64,000 nt of DNA from Candidatus Gracilibacteria bacterium S5_H10 (GCA_019248075.1 JAEHHG010000001.1:9294-73293); one strand, 5' to 3'; counted from the stretch's first letter, positions 13,743 to 25,514 are shown. Notes: generated by a model from the sequence alone, not told the origin. Numbers and translations are program-made.

Positions 13743-13869
13743 CATGCCGGTGTTATTGTTTGCAACCGGCATCCATACAAAAGTGCGTTAGTAGCATAGA
13801 TGTGGATTCCGGCTGCAATTTCTTAACGCCGGAATGATGTACATGTATGAGGATGCCGGAATGATGTCC
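13743..13869. repeat. cluster of GC-rich palindromic miniature repeats (family 1)
   Basis: catgccggt-N13-accggcat; tggattccggctgcaatttcttaacgccggaatgatgt; gatgccggaatgatgtcc. Near-identical copies occur at 42317 and 21358. Confidence 0.65.
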
Positions 13870-13876
13870 TGCATTG

Positions 13877-14659
13877 TTAAAATAGGTCTTCAGTGATTCA
13901 AGACAATATTTCGTATCCATCCTTGGTTATAAGAATAGTGTATTCTCGTTGCGCTCAGATATCTTTGTTTTTACAATATAAGTTCCAATCATTTCCTGGT
14001 CTATATCAAAAATCAGTCGAAGTTACCGCAGTTATCGGTTCAAATGCTAAAACCATTCCTGGCTGAAAAAATATTTTTTTCATTTCTGGATTTGGCGTAT
14101 TGTAAATATAGGGTTTTTCATGTATATAATTTCCTACGCCATGTCAGGTAAGTTTCCCTAATACGGAGAATCAGGCATTGGTAATTATTTGATGTACACG
14201 ATGAGAATATTCAAAAATAGCTTGTCCCGGTCCAATATTTTTGATTGATTCATCCAAAGCTTTTTTGGTGACCTTTGCCAGTGCATATCATAACGGATTT
14301 GCAGCTTCTCATCAGACGACTACAGTAATCGCTGAATCAGTCACTCCGCCATTGTAGGTAATTCCACAATCAATCTTGAGTACATCTCCATTTTTCAATA
14401 CATAATCATCAGGGATTCCATGAACGACACAATCATTTACAGATAGACAGAGATTTGCTGGAAATCATTCATATCATTTAAACGATCATTTGAGATTGTT
14501 TGTCTTGATATAGTGCTCTGCTACGAATTCGAGTTCTATAAGAGAGATACCTGCTTTTACTTTTGTATGTAGCAGACGCAAAAGCGTTGTCAGATGCTTT
14601 CATGCTATCCTGATATTTTCAATTTGTTTAGCATTTTTTATTACTATTTCCTTTTGCAT
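13877..14659 (-). CDS. map: methionine aminopeptidase type I
   Basis: [24 protein letters not shown]...DVLKIDCG...GHGVG...FEPI...EYTILIT, which covers the metal ligands; many UGA-as-Gly codons; ends at TAA 13877. Confidence 0.9.
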
Positions 14660-14719
14660 ACTTCTGAAAGATTACTATAATAAATTGGAGTTTTTATATT
14701 CAATTATCTAACAATAGCA

Positions 14720-15253
14720 ATGAAAAATATCGAAGTAGAACTTAGATCTTTTGTAGATGAAGAAAAATATAATCAGCTGATATTTTTTTTTGAGCAGAAA
14801 GCAAAGTTCCTCAAAGAAGATAATCAGATAACTCATTATTTCACTTGAGCGCATGATTTAAGGATACAAAAAAACAATTATTTTTCTAAAATATGGATGA
14901 AAAAATGAAATCTTCATGATGACTACAGAGAAGAGATAGAAATCAAATTCGACAAAGAAGATTTTGAAAAATTGCAAGGATTGTTTCTCAGTTTATGATA
15001 TGATATTGAAATCACTCGAATCAGAAAACGTTTGCAGTTTGATCGAGATAATATAGAAGTAAGCATAGATTATACTAAAGGATATGGATATATTATTGAA
15101 CTAGAGATACTTTCTACTGATTTCGAAAAAGATTCCAATCTCGAACTTTTACGTAAAAAATTTGCTGAACTCGAAATACCTATTACACCAAAAGAAGAAT
15201 TTACAAAAAAATATGAACGATATAAAACTAATCGAAAAACACTTATAGAATAA
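14720..15253 (+). CDS. CYTH-domain protein (CyaB/thiamine-triphosphatase-like)
   Basis: Starts with IEVELR (ExExK-like) and ends with GYIIELEI. Size and pattern fit a CYTH fold. Confidence 0.65.
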
Positions 15254-15276
15254 GATATTAATTTAGGAAACCGACA

Positions 15277-15708
15277 TTATTTTCAGGTAGATCACCATCA
15301 TCATTCTCCTCTTTGACTTTCTGGTAACTCACTGATTTCTTGCCATTCTACGTAATGGCATTTTTCTATAATGAATTGTGCTATTTTGTCTCATTCATTA
15401 ACAACAAAATCTTCACTTCAGAAATTGATCAAGATAATACCAATATCTCCTCTGTATCCAGAATCTATTACGCCAGCTAATACATCAATTCCATGTTTAT
15501 ACGCCAAACCTGAACGTGGAGCAATCCTTCCATAATATCCATGAGGAATTGCAGTCGATATATTAGTCTTAAATAATTTTCTTTCACCATGTTTCAATAC
15601 ATAGGATTCTGTGGAAAACAAATCATATCACGCGTCGGAAAAAGTAGCCTGCGTAGGGATTTTTGCCTTGTCGGAAAGTTTCTGGAATGGGATAGTAATT
15701 TCTGCCAT
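15277..15708 (-). CDS. dut: dUTP diphosphatase
   Basis: AGYDL...[26 protein letters not shown]...RGEGGWGSTGK. Four of the Gly in the final motif are UGA. Confidence 0.9.
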
Positions 15709-15731
15709 GAGAGAATATAAAGGAATAAATG

Positions 15732-16139
15732 TTATTCATATTTTTTCACTAATTTCTTACCAGCAGTATTAAGAAACAAAGTATTGTTTTCAACATAATC
15801 TAACAATTCTGGCGGTTGAGAGAGTCTTAATACATCAATATTCCCGTTTTTGTAGCATGTCGTATACAATCATTCCATTTTACCATGGACCCTACAGAGG
15901 ATAGGTCTTTCTTCATAAACGACACATTTGCCATCCTTATCTAGATATTCACAATACTGTATTCATTTTCCTCTAGGCGCTTCCTTGTATCATTTCTTTG
16001 CAAGCAATTCCAAAATAGCAGCAAGTTCCTGTTGAGTCATCCTAGTAGCTCCGCAACATGATTCTTTACAACCCTCGCAATTTACTTCCGGTCATTGATC
16101 GAAATATTCTCTGAGATATTGAATAGTCTTATCCATCAT
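15732..16139 (-). CDS. YkgJ-family Cys-cluster (zinc/iron-chelating) protein
   Basis: CEGCKESCCGA...CEYLDKDGKCVVYEERPILCR. Confidence 0.65.
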
Positions 16140-16300
16140 AGAGCAAGAAAACTATAAAAGGATATCGTTCCATGTATCCACTTTGATGATATTCGGATGT
16201 ATGCTGTTTTGATATTTTCTATTCCGTGGTTTAGCCAGCAGATAAACTTTGATGCAGTTCAAATATTATTTCTTATATTTATTTATCCTTTTTTGTCAAT

Positions 16301-16334
16301 AAAAAAAACTCCTTATACAGGAGTTTGTGTTTTA
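16301..16334 (-). terminator. rho-independent terminator
   Basis: Stem aaactcc/ggagttt followed by a T-run on the minus strand, directly after the stop codon at 16332. Confidence 0.6.
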
Positions 16335-16742
16335 ATCTGTACAATCCTGGCTATCCGCGGATAATACTGGAATTTCTTTGAGTAAGTAAGAAAAAAATAT
16401 TTCACTTTTTTCTCTGGGAATATATCGTATTCCTTTTACTGTGCCATCATCAAAGATAGCATATTTGCATTGGAAATCCAACTCCTCATATTCCATTTTG
16501 GAAAACGGAGTAGAAATTAACATTACTGAGAAGAAAAATGTTGAGTCAGTAAAAGTAAGTTTCGCAGATTTCACATAGCCAGCGTTTACCGTATCTATCT
16601 CACAATATACTAGGTAATAGTCGCTGAATAGCGAATGGATATATTCTATCTGTTTCTTTTCTGAAACAGAAAGATTTAAAATGTTTTGAGCTCCTGAATA
16701 TAAGCTCATAAATATCATCAGCACAAAGAATGTTTTTTTCAT
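16332..16742 (-). CDS. secreted hypothetical protein (136 aa)
   Basis: Signal-peptide-like MKKTFFVLMIFMSLYSGAQN. The ORF is intact under the standard code (no UGA) and ends at TAA. Confidence 0.5.
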   Translation of the reverse strand: MKKTFFVLMIFMSLYSGAQNILNLSVSEKKQIEYIHSLFSDYYLVYCEIDTVNAGYVKSAKLTFTDSTFFFSVMLISTPFSKMEYEELDFQCKYAIFDDGTVKGIRYIPREKSEIFFSYLLKEIPVLSADSQDCTD

Positions 16743-16836
16743 GGGCTTTTTGTTTTTTTGTTTTTTTGTTTTTCTTTTATATTTATTTACAGATATAAGT
16801 CAATCTTAAAATAATCTTAAACTTTATATGTAAATT

Positions 16837-17853
16837 TTACATGTTTCGATCCTTTTGGAATTGGGAAGAAAATTCGTTGATGATAGTCGGATCAGTGAGT
16901 AAAATTCAGATTTCTCTGTTTTTATCCAAAGAAGTAAAAGAAAGATTCATACTCCCAAGCAGTAAGATTTCGTGATCAATTAAAATCATTTTAGTATGAT
17001 TATAATATTTTGTAAACTTTCTCGCGTATTCATTTCCAAAAAAACGTATAAGTTCATCATTATCATCTGTATCCGCTACGAGTAATTTTAATTCCGGCAG
17101 CGATTTTTTCGTTTTCAAAATATTCCGGATGGCATCATCGGTGATATATTGTGTCTGGATGATAATCGATGTTTTTGCAGAGTTTAAAAGATTTTCAATC
17201 ACTCCCCTGCAATTGATATTGCAGACAACGAGATTGGGATGGATATCTTTTATACTCATTTTTTCACCATTCCGATCTTTTTCGAATATTGTCTGCAGAC
17301 TCTTCCACACTCATGAATCATAACTCTGAAAAAAATGTTCACGATTGGATGTAAATGAGCTTTTGGTCAGATTCGCAGTCTGGATAATAAATCCACTATC
17401 AATGAGATTTACTTTGGCGTGCATATATTCCGTGCCCATCTGTTTATCAGATTTGAGCTGAATATGAGTATATCAAGAAAATTCCTGACTGAGCACTTTC
17501 AAGGTATTCTGATATTGCTGATATTTATTGTCTTCGACGATAATCCTGATATTCACGTCATTTGTCGCTAATTTTTCTAAAGCAATTTTGAAGTCTTTAT
17601 GTGTAAATTCATAGGTCCACAAGTCCAATGATGTTTTTGCAGCAGAAAAAGCAGACAATTCTTTGGGCAAACTTTCTCCTGGAGAACGGAAATATATTCC
17701 TGATATATCCTGAATTTGTTCTAATTGATTGGTAATGCTTTTGGAAGATACCTTTCCTCACATAGCAGGAAATACAATCTGCACGTCCCCCAAAAAGATT
17801 CCTAGGATAAGTATAGCTGCTGCAATAATTCGTCAGAAATGTCTTTTTTCCAT
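16837..17853 (-). CDS. phospholipase D-family protein with two HKD motifs
   Basis: YMHAKVNLIDSGFIIQTANLT and NHTKMILIDHEILLLGSMNLS; an N-terminal TM helix; fragments 17473 and 16906 join through UGA codons. Confidence 0.8.
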
Positions 17854-18041
17854 CAAAAAAAATTATGTAAGTAAAATAAGATGAATTACATACATGTTTG
17901 CTGGCAACTATTTGATTTTTTGTATTTTGGGGATATAGATGGACAAATAGGCAATAGCCGAACTTTGTCTTAATTTTTGACAAATAAATTATTTTTGATA
18001 TAATAATTATATACATCCCTTTTATTTTTTCAAGGGCTCCT

Positions 18042-18641
18042 ATGACAACACAAGCACCAAAAACTCATTTAAATCTCCCTAACAGGATCGCTTATGATTC
18101 TACCATTTATACTGCGGTAGATACATATATCCAAAAACATAAGCTTGAAAGTATACGAGAGAACCTTTCTTCTACCAAACACAAGATAAGTAGAGCTAAT
18201 CCTTTGGTAAGCATGATTAGTATACTGGAAGATACCGATAGTATTTACGGTAACAATTTTGGTAAAATGAAGCAAGATCTCATATCGCTTATTCCTCATC
18301 TCAAAAAAGCAGTATCTTTCGATACATGAGCAATGAAATGAGAAATATCTAGTCATACTGATATACGAAAAGACCTTATCACGCACAATATTTCACAACA
18401 AATTAGTCTTTATGAAAATCATAGAATCAAAAATCGAAATATTGTTGAGATCTTATCGACAGAAGAAAAAAAATCTATCCGCAAAGCAAAGAAATGAACT
18501 CAACTTAGACTTCCTTTGGTTCCCTGAGATGCAGTAAAAAGTACACAACACTTTATCCAATTTCATAGAATAGATGAAAATCGTACTAGATATCTTACTA
18601 GACTCTTAGTATTCCTTCTTTTAGAAAATGAATTACAATAA
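18042..18641 (+). CDS. hypothetical protein (199 aa)
   Basis: ORF read through three UGA codons. It ends at TAA 18639, immediately followed in the same frame by the ATG of the next gene. Confidence 0.4.
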
Positions 18642-19988
18642 ATGTCACGAGTAGAAAATCTTCGCCCAAACAATATAGATAAAAAAACAACAAATCTGAA
18701 AAAATCTACCAGAGAGTCTTTATTCTGATTAAAAAAAGATATTTTATTCAATAACACACAACAACTAGAAACAGAAAACCTAAAAAAATCCACCAAAGAA
18801 TTATTATTCTGATTGAAAAAAGATATTTTATTCAATAGCAAAGAAACCATTTCTCTCGATATAGAAAAACAAAGAACATGATTTGGAACATATCTTAGAG
18901 AGCATGGTGTCGATAAGAATCTTTTCCCTAGAAAAAGCGGGATAGGAAAATTTCTCAGAACATTCAGATACTATGAAGATATCAAAACTATCTCTAAAAA
19001 AAATGATGTACCTTTCCGTTATTTTTTCTGACTTAAGATGATCGAAGGAGAAGGTGATCCTACCAACATCAATATCTCTGATGGAGGCGCATGAATATCA
19101 CAGATCCAACCAGATACGTTCAAGTGGTTTTCTTCTCAACATCTCAAAAAAAACTATAAAGTCTTTTACGATTCTCCAAAATATTCTGCATACAATTATG
19201 ATACGTTGATCAAGCAAGGGAAAAGCAGAAAAGAAGCAAATAAAATCATTGCAGACAAATTAGTACAAATAAGAAAAAACTATGGATATGATCTCAATAA
19301 GCTTATGAAACTGGATGATAGATTCAATCCCTCAATCGCTTTAGACTTTTCAGCTAAATATCTTCTTTTTTGCAAAAGCAAAGTGAATACAAAAACACTT
19401 ACTAATACATCACGAAACAAATATAAAAATGACCCTAAATATGATTTTGAATGGATGCTTGCGTTCAATGGGTATAACAAAGGACCAAAAAGCTTCGCAA
19501 AAAATTTTGAATGATCACACATTAGCAATCTCAAAAAAAGAATAGAACAATATGACCTTTATTCCAAAAGACTTACTGACTTATTGAAAGCAGGATACAG
19601 CTACGATGATATCATGACTAATATCACTATTGAAAATCCTCAACAACGGACAAAAAAAACCAAACAAAAGGAAATATCGTTTTTTAGCAAAGAAAAAAAA
19701 CACACTTCTTTTTCATCATTTGAACGTTTAATAAAAAATACAAATATTCCTCTTACCTATATTAACAATAGCAAAGATGGAAAACGAAAAGTTTATAAAT
19801 ATATCCTTCCTACCAATAATAATTTTTTTGCACCAAAAGATCTGATGCAGTTTTTTCGTATTTCAAAAATATTTTTATGAAAAACAATTCAGATTACTGA
19901 CGAAGATTGAGTGCCTTTGGCAAATCCCCTTAACTTTCCCAACAAAAAATGACAAGCTATCTATGTCAAAGAAAAAATAGCAAAATAA
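18642..19988 (+). CDS. lytic transglycosylase (SLT-domain) protein
   Basis: MIEGEGDP...GAGISQIQPDTF...NPSIALDFSAKYLLF...AFNGYNKGP matches the ES / GLMQI / AYNxG signature of SLT domains. Confidence 0.7.
18693..18838 (+). repeat. 84-bp tandem duplication inside the SLT gene
   Basis: NLKKSTRESLFGLKKDILFNN and NLKKSTKELLFGLKKDILFNS lie 28 codons apart. Confidence 0.7.
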
Positions 19989-19989
19989 T

Positions 19990-20658
19990 TTAATTTTTTA
20001 TTCCTACGACAAATTCCCCCTTGATTGGGAGTTTTTTTGTCGCGATCATTTCGATTGCTTCATCCAAAGTTCCCGTGAAATATTGTTCGAACATTTTACT
20101 GAGTTCTCTCGCGATAGCAATTTTTCCCATGAATCCATTCAATTTCAATTCTTCCAATAATTTTTCCATTCTATGAACAGATTCATAGACAAAAACAGGT
20201 ATTTCTGATTGTAGAATTTCTTTGATTTTGGTCTGTCTTCCTTTCTTTGTTGGCAAAAATCATAAATAAGTAAATTCCGATGTATCGAAGCCTGCGCCTA
20301 CGACCGCAGGAACCAGCGCATTCGCACCAGGCAAAACAGTAAAAGGAATCTGATATTCATTGCAGAGTTGAATTAATGATTTTCCTGGATCAGATAATCC
20401 TGGTGTTCCTGCTTCGGAAACCATTCCGATATCACTCACTTTCAATATCTCCACATAATGAGCCAATTGGGTATTTGACGTAAAACTAGTCAATGAAAAA
20501 AATTTTTTCTCCTTATAAGGAATATCGTACATTTGCATGAGCTTCATGGTTGTCCTGGTATCTTCGCAAATGAATATTTCAAGCGACTGCAAAAGTTTCA
20601 TTGCACGGACCGTGATATCGTCTTTGTTTCAAATAGGAGTCGGGATAAAATAGAGCAT
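19990..20658 (-). CDS. rsmI: 16S rRNA (cytidine1402-2'-O)-methyltransferase
   Basis: MLYFIPTPIGNKDDIT...EDTR...VSEAGTPGLSDPG...LPGANA. Confidence 0.9.
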
Positions 20659-20864
20659 ATTATACAAAAAAATAAATAAACCAGTTGAAATATATCTTTT
20701 TTTTTATAAATTACCAACAGATCGGTTTAGGTTAGTACGGATACGTCACAGAATATTCTGGTTGATCTACCAACACTAAAAAGGGAACCGTCATTCTGCA
20801 GGCATGACCTCCAGAAACAAAATCTGCTGATTTGAGCAGTACCCTCGCCGAGCGGGGGTTTTTT

Positions 20865-21716
20865 CTATTCTGCTATAACAAGTACTCATTTCTTTAACTG
20901 AATCAAACCTTCTTGCTGAAGACCTTTCACGATATTTTTCACTTCTTTGTGTGGGAATTCTTCTTGAACGTCTTGGACATGCAATGATCATTTTTTTACT
21001 AATTGTTTCATTATTCGTCAGCGGACTTGTCTATCAGAGCCTTCGAATTTTGATTGCTTAGATAATGATTTTATCTTGGTTTTTCTTGCGGTCAGCAATA
21101 ATGCTCATTGATCCATAAGTGCGTTGTGTCGATCACGAGACTTTCCTTTTGGAATGACTTTGAGTGCAAAAGCTTCAAGTTCTTTTGCTGTAATAGTTTC
21201 TGGTAGTTTGAACAAGAAAATCAAGACTCTCCTGATATTCGTATCGATCACCGGTACGGGTAAATTCCATGCAAATGCCATAATGGCTGCTGATGTGTAA
21301 GGGCCTATTCCTGGAAGCTTTTGTAGGGTATTTCTTAGTTGGTTGATCTGATTAGTGTGGATTCCGGCTCCAACACTTAACCCACGCAGTTCTGCGGGGC
21401 AGGCTGCCGGAATGACGTCGGAGACGATAGTTTTTGCACATTCTTGTAATCTTAGCACTCTCGAGTTGAATCATAATCCTGATCGATGACGGAGCAAATC
21501 TTGTTTTGAAGCATTCGCAAGTGATTGATAATCAGGAAAATCTTTCATTCGTTTATGAAAATAAGGAATCACCCTATCAACTTGTGTTTGCTGGAGCATT
21601 ACTTCAGAAATATGGATAGCATAAGGATTTTTTGTCTGCCTTCGAGGAAGTTTGCGGCCATTTTTTTCATATCAAGAAAGAATGCTTTGTTGTATTTTTT
21701 TGATATCTTGAGACAT
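20865..21716 (-). CDS. HhH-GPD base-excision glycosylase (MutY/Nth-like, without the Fe-S Cys cluster) with a C-terminal winged-helix-like extension
   Basis: PYAIHISEVMLQQTQV...LPGIGPYTSAAIMAFAWNLPVPVIDTNIRRVL...HNALMDQGALL. The UGA at 21105 is read through; ends at TAG 20865. Confidence 0.8.
21358..21420. repeat. family-1 palindromic repeat inserted in frame within the glycosylase CDS
   Basis: tggattccggct...ctgccggaatgacgtc has the same termini as the intergenic copies at 13803 and 42317. Its length is 63 nt (21 codons), encoding DVIPAACPAELRGLSVGAGIH. Confidence 0.6.
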
Positions 21717-21719
21717 ATG

Positions 21720-21995
21720 TTACAAAGAGAATAATAATATAATAGAAAATATAATCCGTGCACCAACGACCAATCGGAATCTTGTAAGAAATTTTCCTTT
21801 TATGGTTTTATGACGGAAAGCTTGCATTCCAAGAATAGCCCCCAATCGTCATCCAAGTGCTGTACATATTAGTAAGTTTTTTTCTGAGATTCTTCGTTTC
21901 TGAGCAGTAGCTTTGTATTTATCTACTCATCGAATCACAAAAGTGACAAGATTTATAAAAACAAGGTATCGTATAAGTAAGCTGGTTCGTGTCAT
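21720..21995 (-). CDS. DUF1294-like small membrane protein
   Basis: DKYKATAQKRRISEKNLLICTALGGRLGAILGMQAFRHKT. Confidence 0.6.
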
Positions 21996-22035
21996 ATTTT
22001 ATTCATACAAAATATAAAACAACATAAGGTCGATA

Positions 22036-24006
22036 TTATTCTCCTCTAGCCACCATTTTTATAAAGACATCACTAGGTACATTAACTGCTCCTATGGCTT
22101 TCATTTTCTTTTTTCCTTCTTTTTGTTTCGCTAATAATTTTCTTTTTCTGCTTACATCTCATCAATAACATTTTGCAAGGACGTCCTTTTTCATGGCAGA
22201 AATATTCTCTCTTGCAATCATTTTATTTCCAATTCCTGCTTGCAATGGAATAGCAAACATATGTTTTGGAATCAGTGTCTTTAATTTTTCTACTACTTCC
22301 TTTCCTAAATAATATGCTTTATCTCTATGAATAACTCGGCTCAAAGCCTCTACTTTTTCATTGTTGATATATACATCCAATTTTATCAAATCTGCTGGTT
22401 GATATTTTTTGAATTCATAATTCATCGTTGCATATCCCTTGGTCGATGATTTTAATCTATCATAAAAATCGATAATGATTTCTCCCATCGGCAATTCATA
22501 ATGCCAAACAACTCTTGTTTCATCGATATAATCCATATTGATAAGCTTACCTCTATATTCTTGACAAAGTGCCATAATATTTCCTGCATATTCTTGTGGT
22601 CAGACAACTTCTACTGCTGCAATAGGTTCTCGGATTTCATCTACCAATCATTGATCTATCATATCTGATCATGACTTCACTACTAACCAAGGAATAAGTT
22701 CTTCTTTTCTTTGAAGAGCTTCTTCATTAGTTGTATTCGATCCAAGGATCTGCTTATATAATCATGTTTTGAGTAATGTCGTGATATTTGATCAGGATTT
22801 AATTTGTTGTAAAGAAAAATTTTTGGATTTGATCAGATATATTACTGTCGGTATCGTAAAGATCGTTTCCATGTTATATTCTCTAGATAATCTTTCTTTG
22901 ACAATATCCATATGCAACATTCACAAAAATCCACAACGAAATCAGAAGCCAAGTGCTTTAGAATCTTCCAATTCATATTCAATTGCACTATCGTTGATAG
23001 ATAATTTTTCTAAGCTATCTTTGAGTTTATCATATTCCGTGGTATCGATAGGATATACTCCAGCATAGACAAATGGCTTTACTCTTTTGAATCATGGAAT
23101 AACAAAATCCTGCATCACAAGATCATTTTGTATTTTTCCTCTTTCATCTTTGATCATCGTATCTCAAATACTGATATCTCTTACCGATTTTTCTCCAGTA
23201 ACAATATATCAGATCTGTCATTCTTTAAGCATTTTGTCTGATTTATATTCTGGAGTGAAATATCCTACTTCGGTCGGAACTATATCATTTTCCGTATAGA
23301 TAAGATGAAGATTATCTCCTGCCTTTATTTCTCCATCGACTATTTTTACATATGCAAGCACTCATTTGTAGGGATCATATACTGAGTCAAAAATCAATGC
23401 TCTGGATAATCATGGTATCTGTGTTTTATCCTGTCCTACCGGCCAAAATTTTTTGCTATGAGATTTTTTGAAACTTTCTGGATCCTGAATTCTTTCTATG
23501 ATAGCATCCAATACTTTATCTACATTTTCTCATGTTTTCCCTGATACCTGAATGATCTCTGATTTATCTATTCCGATAATATTTTCTATCTCATGAGCGA
23601 CTCTTTCGGGATTTGCTGCAGGAAGATCTATTTTATTCAACACCGGAATAATAGTAAGATGTTGATCTATCGCTTGATAGAGTGTAGAAAGTGTCTGTGC
23701 TTGAATTCATTGACTTGCATCAACAAGCAAAATTGCTCACTCAGCTGCTGCAAGTGAACGAGAAACCTCATACTGAAAGTCTACGTGTCCTGGAGTATCT
23801 ATAAGATTAAATTCGTGATCTTTTCGTTGCATCCTGGCGGGCGTCAATTTTATTGTAATACCTCTTTCTTGTTCGATATCCATACGGTCGAGCATCTGTG
23901 CATGATCTATTTTTCTCACAGCTCATGTAATCTCTAGCATCCTATCTGCCAGTGTCGATTTCCCGTGATCTATATGTGCTATAATACAAAAGTTGCGTAT
24001 ATTCAT
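22036..24006 (-). CDS. lepA: elongation factor 4 (LepA)
   Basis: [20 protein letters not shown]...[18 protein letters not shown]...NKIDL...GFRCGFLGMLHM...; ends at TAA 22036. Confidence 0.95.
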
Positions 24007-24149
24007 ATCAAAAAACAACCCATGAAATGATAAAAGTGATGAAGCGATTGTATAAAATCACTTATTGAATTCAAGAAAGACTTTTGTATCTTTGACAAAA
24101 AAGCTATTTTTGAGTATCATTGTAGTATATTTATTTCTTTTGGAGTTCC

Positions 24150-25031
24150 ATGGACAACAAAGACAATAATGGCAATGTATATAAGGATGCTAGTAAAGAT
24201 CTCGTGCAAAAATTTCTCAAACAAGAATGATGCAAATCTCCAGAAACCAGTAATGTATCTTTTTTGCAACAGAAAATTTGAAAAAATATTTATTCAGATT
24301 TACATCATAACAAAGAAATTTTTGTAAAATATCTATCATCTACACTACATCACAGACCAGAAAGGCAACATCAAGACGTCCCGGGAAGATTAGAAGAAAT
24401 TGAAGATTATTATAATGCATGAAAACAAAGAGGACTATGTGTTCTTATCCAAAAAGTGCTCCAAGAATTCAAAGAAAGTATTTCTTTTGAGACGACAACA
24501 AAGCTTTATTTTCTCCTTGCAGAAAACTATCTATGACATGCTATGCGAGAAGATGCATTACATATCCTTGATAGTATCCAAGAATACGAAAAATATCTCT
24601 CAACAGAACAACAACAGAGGCTTTCATTCCTTTTTGGGGAAACATATTATTTTTTATGAAAGAATACGAGAAATAAAGAATATTTTACTCGCGCTTTGCG
24701 CTATATCATTAGTCCTATAAACAAAGAAAATCTTAATAAGATCGAATATGAGACCATGTTAAATATAGAAGCAAATATCTATTTGGAATTTGAAGATTAT
24801 CATCACTGTTTACTTACGCTCCAAGAATATTTCACTACATTTCCCAATAAAAATATTGGTAGCAATACTGAGATATTAGCCAGTATGCTATGTATACAAT
24901 GAACAGTCTATATGGAACAAAGACAATATGCTAATGCTATCAACAGTTTCAAAGCATACCTAAAATACAATCCAAATGATGAAATCACCAAACAACATAT
25001 AGCTATGTTAGCTAAAAAAAAATCTAAATAA
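24150..25031 (+). CDS. hypothetical TPR-like protein (293 aa)
   Basis: Open in frame 0 through UGA codons. The C-terminal half has TPR-like pairs (YMEQRQYANAINSFKAYLKYNPND). Confidence 0.45.
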
Positions 25032-25154
25032 TCTGACTATCCATCATCTCTTATATTTTTTTTGCACACTCCTGCTATATTCTAGCTGGAGTTTTTTTCT
25101 TTGCAAAATAATTCCAAAAGATTCCATATCTATATATCGAAATAAAACCTCTAT

Positions 25155-25514
25155 CTATAATTTGATTTTTGTTATCTTCTTGAATGATTCATTTCGTCTA
25201 TTTTCACCGATATATGCTATCGGTAATGATAATTCTTCAAGTAATCTCAGTATTTTCTTAGCTATTTTTATTTTATCGAACATCACGTAATAAGAAATAA
25301 TATCATATAATTCTATACAAAAAGCATTAAATATTTTTTTATTATTCATTCATTTTTTTACACGTTTGATTATCTGGAGAAATTTTTTGGAAATATCCTG
25401 AGACTGTTTTTTATGGAACAACGAAAAAACACTACTTTTTGTAGGAATACGATTATTTAATACTTGTAATAGTTCCATTTGTATATGCACATGTAAAACT
25501 TTTCAACCTATCAT
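25155..25514 (-). CDS. hypothetical protein; the start is uncertain (25514 or 25478)
   Basis: Track ORF 25155..25349 extends upstream through one UGA. Confidence 0.3.

Noticed and set aside
13743-13869. The palindromic repeats as a CRISPR array.
   Set aside because: The copies are few, irregularly spaced and variable in length, and they are dispersed across the window without unique spacers of regular size or nearby cas genes.
16743-16800. T-rich short tandem repeats (tttttgt, three or four copies) at 16743..16775, and gattcat repeated at 1455..1480.
   Set aside because: These are low-complexity AT-rich intergenic sequence, expected by chance in this composition, and no associated structure was found.
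20791-20991. Highly basic 66-aa ORF (MIIACPRRSRRIPTQRSEKYRERSS...).
   Set aside because: It is an out-of-frame shadow of the C-terminal extension of the HhH-GPD gene, which reads through UGA at 21105 and ends at TAG 20865.
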